From Spirochaetia bacterium (lineage in GTDB: Bacteria > Spirochaetota > Spirochaetia > SZUA-6 > Bin103), in assembly GCA_965203905.1 (NCBI GenBank), contig CBDBDQ010000005.1:7360001-7424000 (forward strand): a stretch of 64,000 nucleotides of DNA, given 5' to 3'. The notes beneath the pieces are model-generated. The model was not told where the DNA came from. It worked only from the letters and a program-made list of their open reading frames with translations, and ran no database searches. A program made the translations under genes and the position numbers. Shown here piece after piece: positions 51,659 to 64,000 of the stretch. How positions within the stretch are numbered: the first letter of the stretch is position 1; every line of letters starts with the position of its first letter.

Positions 51659-52329
51659 GACCCGGTCTCGTTGCCAACCCCTGCCGCCAGGGTTACCGCG
51701 CGCGCGGCGCCGTTCTTCTTGGCGGAGGTCACCAGCACGGTACCGCCACGGCGCCCCGGGCACGGCCCGCCGACCAGCAGCAGGCGCCGCGTGGGGTCGA
51801 TCCCATACAGGCGCAGGTTGTGTACCGTGGCGCTGATGCCGCCCATACGACCGGGCATGCGTTTTCCCTTCAACACCTTGGACGGCGTCGCGGACTGCCC
51901 GGTCGAGCCGGGTGCGCGGTGAAACTTGGAGCCGTGCGTCTTGCGCCCGCCATGGAAGCCGTGGCGCTTCATGACCCCCTGGAAGCCCTTGCCCTTCGAG
52001 GTGCCGCGCACGTCCACGACGGTGTCTCCGGCAAACAGCTCCACGCCGATGGTGGTCCCGAGCTCCGGGCTGGAAGCGAAGTCGCGCACCTCCACGAGGT
52101 GGCGAACCGCTTCCACTCCGTTCCCGAACTGCCCGCCATAGGGCTTGGTAACGCGCTTGGAGGGCATCTTGCCGGCTCCGAGAACCACCGCGGAATAGCC
52201 ATCGCGTTCGGCGGTACGATGTCCCACCACCACGTTCGGCTCTACTTCGATCAGGGTCGCCGGAAGCAATGAGCCATCCTCGGCAAAGAGCTGGGTCATT
52301 CCCACCTTGCGCCCGATCAGCGCCTTCAT
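51655..52329 (-). CDS. rplC: 50S ribosomal protein L3
   Basis: [21 protein letters not shown] and GKRMPGRMG. Confidence 0.98.
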   Translation of the reverse strand: MKALIGRKVGMTQLFAEDGSLLPATLIEVEPNVVVGHRTAERDGYSAVVLGAGKMPSKRVTKPYGGQFGNGVEAVRHLVEVRDFASSPELGTTIGVELFAGDTVVDVRGTSKGKGFQGVMKRHGFHGGRKTHGSKFHRAPGSTGQSATPSKVLKGKRMPGRMGGISATVHNLRLYGIDPTRRLLLVGGPCPGRRGGTVLVTSAKKNGAARAVTLAAGVGNETGS

Positions 52330-52634
52330 TGCTTGATCTCCACGTCCACTCCGGCGGGCAACTCCAGCTTCATCAGCGCGTCCATCACCGCCGAGGTGGG
52401 CTCGATGATGTCGATGAGGCGCTTGTGGGTACGCATCTCGAACTGCTCGCGCGACTTCTTGTTGACGTGCGGCGAACGCAGCACGGTGTAACGGTTGGTG
52501 CGCGTGGGCAACGGAATCGGGCCGGCAACCTGCGATCCGGCCTTTTGCACCGTCTGCACAATCGCCTTGGAACTCTGGTCTATCAGCTCCACGTCGAAGC
52601 CGCGCAGACGCACGCGTATACGGTCAACTGCCAT
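52326..52634 (-). CDS. rpsJ: 30S ribosomal protein S10
   Basis: GPIPLPT and [14 protein letters not shown]. Confidence 0.98.
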   Translation of the reverse strand: MAVDRIRVRLRGFDVELIDQSSKAIVQTVQKAGSQVAGPIPLPTRTNRYTVLRSPHVNKKSREQFEMRTHKRLIDIIEPTSAVMDALMKLELPAGVDVEIKQ

Positions 52635-52661
52635 GACGGTGCTTTCTCAATCCCCCGGCCG

Positions 52662-53876
<1,215 letters not shown>

Positions 53877-53921
53877 CTGCTAATCCTCCTGCTTTCCGTT
53901 TGGCCGTAATTGCTTCATCGT

Positions 53922-56015
<2,094 letters not shown>

Positions 56016-56036
56016 TGCTCGTGCTTTGCTCTCGGT

Positions 56037-56507
56037 CTACCAGCGATAGTGCGCGAATGCCTTGTTCGCCTCGGCCATGCGGTGGGTATCCTCTTTCTTC
56101 TTGACCGCGGCGCCGGTCTCGTTGAACGCGTCCATCAACTCGGCGCCCAGGCTGGCCGTCATGGCGCGTCCGCGACGCTGCTTCGCGTACTGGATCAGCC
56201 AGCGGATCGCGAGCGCGTCCCGGCGTGCTTCGCGCACCTCCACCGGCACCTGGTAGGTGGACCCGCCGACCCGGCGGGACTTGACCTCGAGCATCGGCTT
56301 CACGTTGTCGACGGCCTTCAGGAATACCTCCAGCGGATCACGGCCCATACGCTGCTCGATGATGTCAAACGACCGGTACAGAGACCGGGTCGCGGTCGAA
56401 CGCTTGCCACGGCTCATCATGGCGTTGATGAACTTTCCCACCGTCACGTTGCGGTATTTCGGATCCACCGGATCCGGACGTTTTCTGGTATTGCCCCGGC
56501 GCGGCAT
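56037..56507 (-). CDS. rpsG: 30S ribosomal protein S7
   Basis: [12 protein letters not shown] and [15 protein letters not shown]. Confidence 0.98.
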   Translation of the reverse strand: MPRRGNTRKRPDPVDPKYRNVTVGKFINAMMSRGKRSTATRSLYRSFDIIEQRMGRDPLEVFLKAVDNVKPMLEVKSRRVGGSTYQVPVEVREARRDALAIRWLIQYAKQRRGRAMTASLGAELMDAFNETGAAVKKKEDTHRMAEANKAFAHYRW

Positions 56508-56521
56508 CTGACTTGGCTCCG

Positions 56522-56896
56522 CTAGACCTTGGGCCGCTTGGTACCGTACTTGGAACGCCCCTTGCGACGCTCCTCGACCCCCAGCGTGTCCTTGGTGCCA
56601 CGCACCACGTGGTAGCGCACACCCGCCAGGTCCTTCACCCGCCCGCCGCGGATCAGCACCACCGAGTGCTCCTGCAGAGTGTGTCCGATGCCCGGGATGT
56701 AGGCGTTGACCTCCACGTTGTTGGACAGCCTCACGCGCGCCACCTTGCGCAGTGCCGAGTTGGGCTTGCGCGGCGTGATCGTGCGCACCTGGGTACAGAC
56801 CCCGCGCTTCTGCGGGCAGGCCTGCAGTGCCGGTGACTTGGATTTGTTTCGCGGCCGCTTGCGGCCCTTGCGGATAAGCTGGTTGATGGTCGGCAT
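56522..56896 (-). CDS. rpsL: 30S ribosomal protein S12
   Basis: [15 protein letters not shown] and GGRVKDL. Confidence 0.99.
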   Translation of the reverse strand: MPTINQLIRKGRKRPRNKSKSPALQACPQKRGVCTQVRTITPRKPNSALRKVARVRLSNNVEVNAYIPGIGHTLQEHSVVLIRGGRVKDLAGVRYHVVRGTKDTLGVEERRKGRSKYGTKRPKV

Positions 56897-57100
56897 CTCC
56901 TCTCTCCTACCTGCTCCGGCGCCGCTACGGCTGTGCCAACCTCATACGGGCAGCACAAATACCCGGTCCCACCCTCGGCGTCACGGGGCGATCATCTGAC
57001 TACCTCGGTACCCTGGCGTTCGGGATGCCCTCTTGTCGGGACAGGGCGTAGCGACGGCGCACCAACGCCCCAACGGTCCGAGAGCGAAAGTGCGGGACTC

Positions 57101-57129
57101 AAGTTAGTTGAGCGCGACGAAAAGGTCAA
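57101..57129 (-). promoter_or_regulatory. Sigma70-type promoter of the str operon
   Basis: TTGACC-N17-TAACTT on the minus strand, about 200 nt upstream of rpsL. Confidence 0.7.
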
Positions 57130-57147
57130 CCCCGAAGTGCACCGCGC

Positions 57148-57178
57148 CGGCGGCGGCCGCCGCGCTGCGCCGCCGCCG
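57148..57178 (-). terminator. GC-rich stem-loop downstream of rpoC
   Basis: CGGCGGCGGC / GCCGCCGCCG perfect 10-bp stem about 30 nt after the rpoC stop; no adjacent U-tract. Confidence 0.4.
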
Positions 57179-57209
57179 AATCCCTGCGCAACCGGCGAGG
57201 CCCGCGGCG

Positions 57210-61586
<4,377 letters not shown>

Positions 61587-61595
61587 GCCACCGTC

Positions 61596-64000
61596 CTAAA
61601 ACCTTGCTCCCTGGCGGCTGATCAGTTCCTCATCGCGCTCGGTGAGAGGGATCAGCTTGCCACGCGAATCGTAGATCGAGATGTCCAGCGTCAGCCCGCG
61701 CAGCTCCTGCACCAGCACGTTGAACGACTCGGGTACGCCGGAGGGCTGGAATGCCTCCCCCTTCACAATGCTCTCGTAGATCTTGGCCCGCCCCGTCATG
61801 TCGTCCGACTTTACCGTGAGCAGCTCCTGCAGGGTGTTGGCGGCGCCGTAGGCTTCCAGCGCCCACACCTCCATTTCACCCAGCCGCTGGCCGCCGAACT
61901 GGGCCTTGCCACCCAGAGGCTGCTGGGTAACCAGGGAATAGGGACCGGTGGAGCGGGAGTGCATCTTGTCGTCCACCAGGTGCAGCAGCTTCATCATGTA
62001 GATCACGCCCACCGTCACCGGGTTCTCGAACGCCTCGCCGGTCAGACCATCGTGCAACGTGATCTTGGAGGTCTCGGGCAACCCGGCCTCGCGCAGCTTG
62101 TCGGCGATCATCTCGTTGGTGGCTGACTGGAACACCGGGGTGGCGTACCACTCGTGGAGCCGCTCCGCGGCCCAGCCCAGCTCGGTCTCCATGATCTGCC
62201 CCAGGTTCATGCGCGACGGCACACCGAGGGGATTGAGCACGATGTCCACCGGGGTACCGTCAGCCATGAACGGCATGTCTTCCTCGGGGAGGATGCGCGC
62301 GATCACCCCCTTGTTGCCGTGGCGGCCGGCCATCTTGTCGCCCTCCTGCAGCTTGCGCTTGGTGGCGACCAGCACCTTGACCACTTCCTCCACCCCGGGG
62401 TTGAGCTCGTCACCGTCCACGCGCCGCAGGCGCTGCACGTCGATCACGGTCCCCTCCACCCCGTGCGGCACGCGCAGCGAGGTGTCCCGCACCTCTTTCG
62501 CTTTCTCGCCGAAGATGGAGTTCAGCAGCTTGAATTCCGGGGTGGAATCGGTCTCGCTCTTGGGCGTCACCTTGCCCACCAGGATGGCGGAATCGGGCAC
62601 GTGCGCACCGATGCGCACCACTCCCTCCTCGTCGAGCTGGTCGAACGCCTGCTCGCTGGTGTTGGGAATGTCGCGGGTGATCTTTTCCGGCCCCAGCTTG
62701 GTCTCGCGGACGTCGACCGAGAACTCCTTGATGTGGATGGACGTGAAGATGTCCTCCTTGATCACCTTGGAGGAGATCAGGATCGCGTCCTCGTAGTTGT
62801 AGCCGTTCCACGGCATGAAGGCGACGATCACGTTGCGCCCGAGCGCCAGCTCGCCCTTGAAGGTGGCGGGACCGTCGGCGAGTACGTCGCCGGCCGCCAC
62901 GCTCTGGCCTACCTGGACGATCGGCTTCTGCGAGAAGCAGGTGTCCTGATTGGTGCGCTGGTACTTGACCAGGTCGTAGACGTCGCTGCCGTCCTCGAAA
63001 CGCGACTGGCCGCTGCGCCCGGCGCTGCCGTTGCCGTTGACCTGGTCCGGCCTGATACGCACCTGGCGACTGGTCACGTGCACCACCTTGCCGGCTCTCT
63101 CGGCCAGCACCAGCACCCCCGAGTCGTAGGCGGTCTTGCCCTCCATGCCGGTTCCCACCCGCGGCGGCTCCGGCTGAATGAGCGGCACCGCCTGGCGCTG
63201 CATGTTGGACCCCATCAGCGCACGGTTGGCGTCGTCGTGCTCCAGGAACGGAATCAGCGACGCCGACACCGAGATGATCTGCTTCGGTGACACGTCCATG
63301 TACTGGATCGACTCGGGGCCGGCCGCGATGTAGTCGCCGCCCTTGCGTACGGCCATCAGGTGGTCGGGCAGCTTGCCGCTGGTGTCGACCGTGGCTCCCG
63401 CCTGGGCGATGAAGAACTTCTCTTCCTCGATTGCCGACAGGTACTCGATCTTGCGGGTGACCGCACCGTTCTCCACCTTGCGGTAGGGGGTCTCCAGGAA
63501 ACCGTACTCATTGACGGTGGTGTAGTTTGCCAGCGAGACGATCAGGCCGATATTGGGGCCCTCCGGGGTCTCGATCGGACACATGCGCCCGTAGTGCGTG
63601 TAGTGTACGTCACGCACCTCGAATCCGGCGCGGTCCCGCGACAGCCCGCCGGGACCGAGGGCGTTCAGCCGCCGCTTGTGGGTCAGCTCGGCCAGCGGGT
63701 TGACCTGATCCATGAACTGGGACAGCTGGCTGGAGCCGAAGAACTCCTTGATGGTGGCCACGATCGGCTTGATGGAGATCAGGTCCTGCGGGCGTATCGT
63801 ATCCGCCTCCTTCAGCGACATGCGCTCCTTGGCGATACGCTCCATCCGGGTGAATGCCACCTTCAGGTGGTTGGTCAGCAACTCGCCCACCGAGCGCACG
63901 CGCCGGTTGCCCAGGTGGTCGATGTCGTCGATGTTGCCTTCGCCGATGAACACCCGCACCAGGAAGGTCATCGTGGCGACGATGTCATCCGGCGTCAGCG
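61596..64000 (-). CDS. rpoB: RNA polymerase beta subunit (5' part beyond the window)
   Basis: [30 protein letters not shown] and GGQRLGEME. Confidence 0.99.
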   Translation of the reverse strand, partial: LTPDDIVATMTFLVRVFIGEGNIDDIDHLGNRRVRSVGELLTNHLKVAFTRMERIAKERMSLKEADTIRPQDLISIKPIVATIKEFFGSSQLSQFMDQVNPLAELTHKRRLNALGPGGLSRDRAGFEVRDVHYTHYGRMCPIETPEGPNIGLIVSLANYTTVNEYGFLETPYRKVENGAVTRKIEYLSAIEEEKFFIAQAGATVDTSGKLPDHLMAVRKGGDYIAAGPESIQYMDVSPKQIISVSASLIPFLEHDDANRALMGSNMQRQAVPLIQPEPPRVGTGMEGKTAYDSGVLVLAERAGKVVHVTSRQVRIRPDQVNGNGSAGRSGQSRFEDGSDVYDLVKYQRTNQDTCFSQKPIVQVGQSVAAGDVLADGPATFKGELALGRNVIVAFMPWNGYNYEDAILISSKVIKEDIFTSIHIKEFSVDVRETKLGPEKITRDIPNTSEQAFDQLDEEGVVRIGAHVPDSAILVGKVTPKSETDSTPEFKLLNSIFGEKAKEVRDTSLRVPHGVEGTVIDVQRLRRVDGDELNPGVEEVVKVLVATKRKLQEGDKMAGRHGNKGVIARILPEEDMPFMADGTPVDIVLNPLGVPSRMNLGQIMETELGWAAERLHEWYATPVFQSATNEMIADKLREAGLPETSKITLHDGLTGEAFENPVTVGVIYMMKLLHLVDDKMHSRSTGPYSLVTQQPLGGKAQFGGQRLGEMEVWALEAYGAANTLQELLTVKSDDMTGRAKIYESIVKGEAFQPSGVPESFNVLVQELRGLTLDISIYDSRGKLIPLTERDEELISRQGARF

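Overview
A 64-kb, very GC-rich (roughly 70% by eye) bacterial chromosome segment, almost certainly from a Spirochaetota member. Evidence: RpoB has the spirochete-type HKRRLNALG rifampicin pocket, EF-Tu has a spirochete-like N-terminal helix, secY runs directly into rpmJ, and there is a SpiroCoCo-like coiled-coil gene. From 38.7 kb to the end is the core transcription/translation supercluster on the minus strand (rpoB partial, rpoC, str, S10, spc and alpha operons, through rplQ). The left part contains: a type I secretion ABC/MFP pair with an RTX Ca-binding cargo; a gnd-SDR-HAD-LarA-family sugar-acid operon; M23/TatD/purD; a grpE-dnaK-dnaJ run extended by a sensor kinase, an orphan methyltransferase and rlmB; a TPR/beta-barrel/ExbB/ExbD/TonB envelope operon; der, GerMN, tlyA, ymdB and rny. 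No rRNA, tRNA, CRISPR array or intact transposase was seen. The most unusual items are: (1) the TPR-barrel-ExbBD-TonB machine, whose ExbB carries about 20 elastin-like heptad repeats; (2) a probable nickel-pincer mannonate/gluconate epimerase pathway with a phosphatase where a kinase is expected; (3) S12 with K43R plus P91A; (4) a 41-42 bp IS-end-like repeat sitting at two stop codons; (5) pervasive low-complexity extensions on core proteins. All calls come from motif recognition by eye; no database searches were run.
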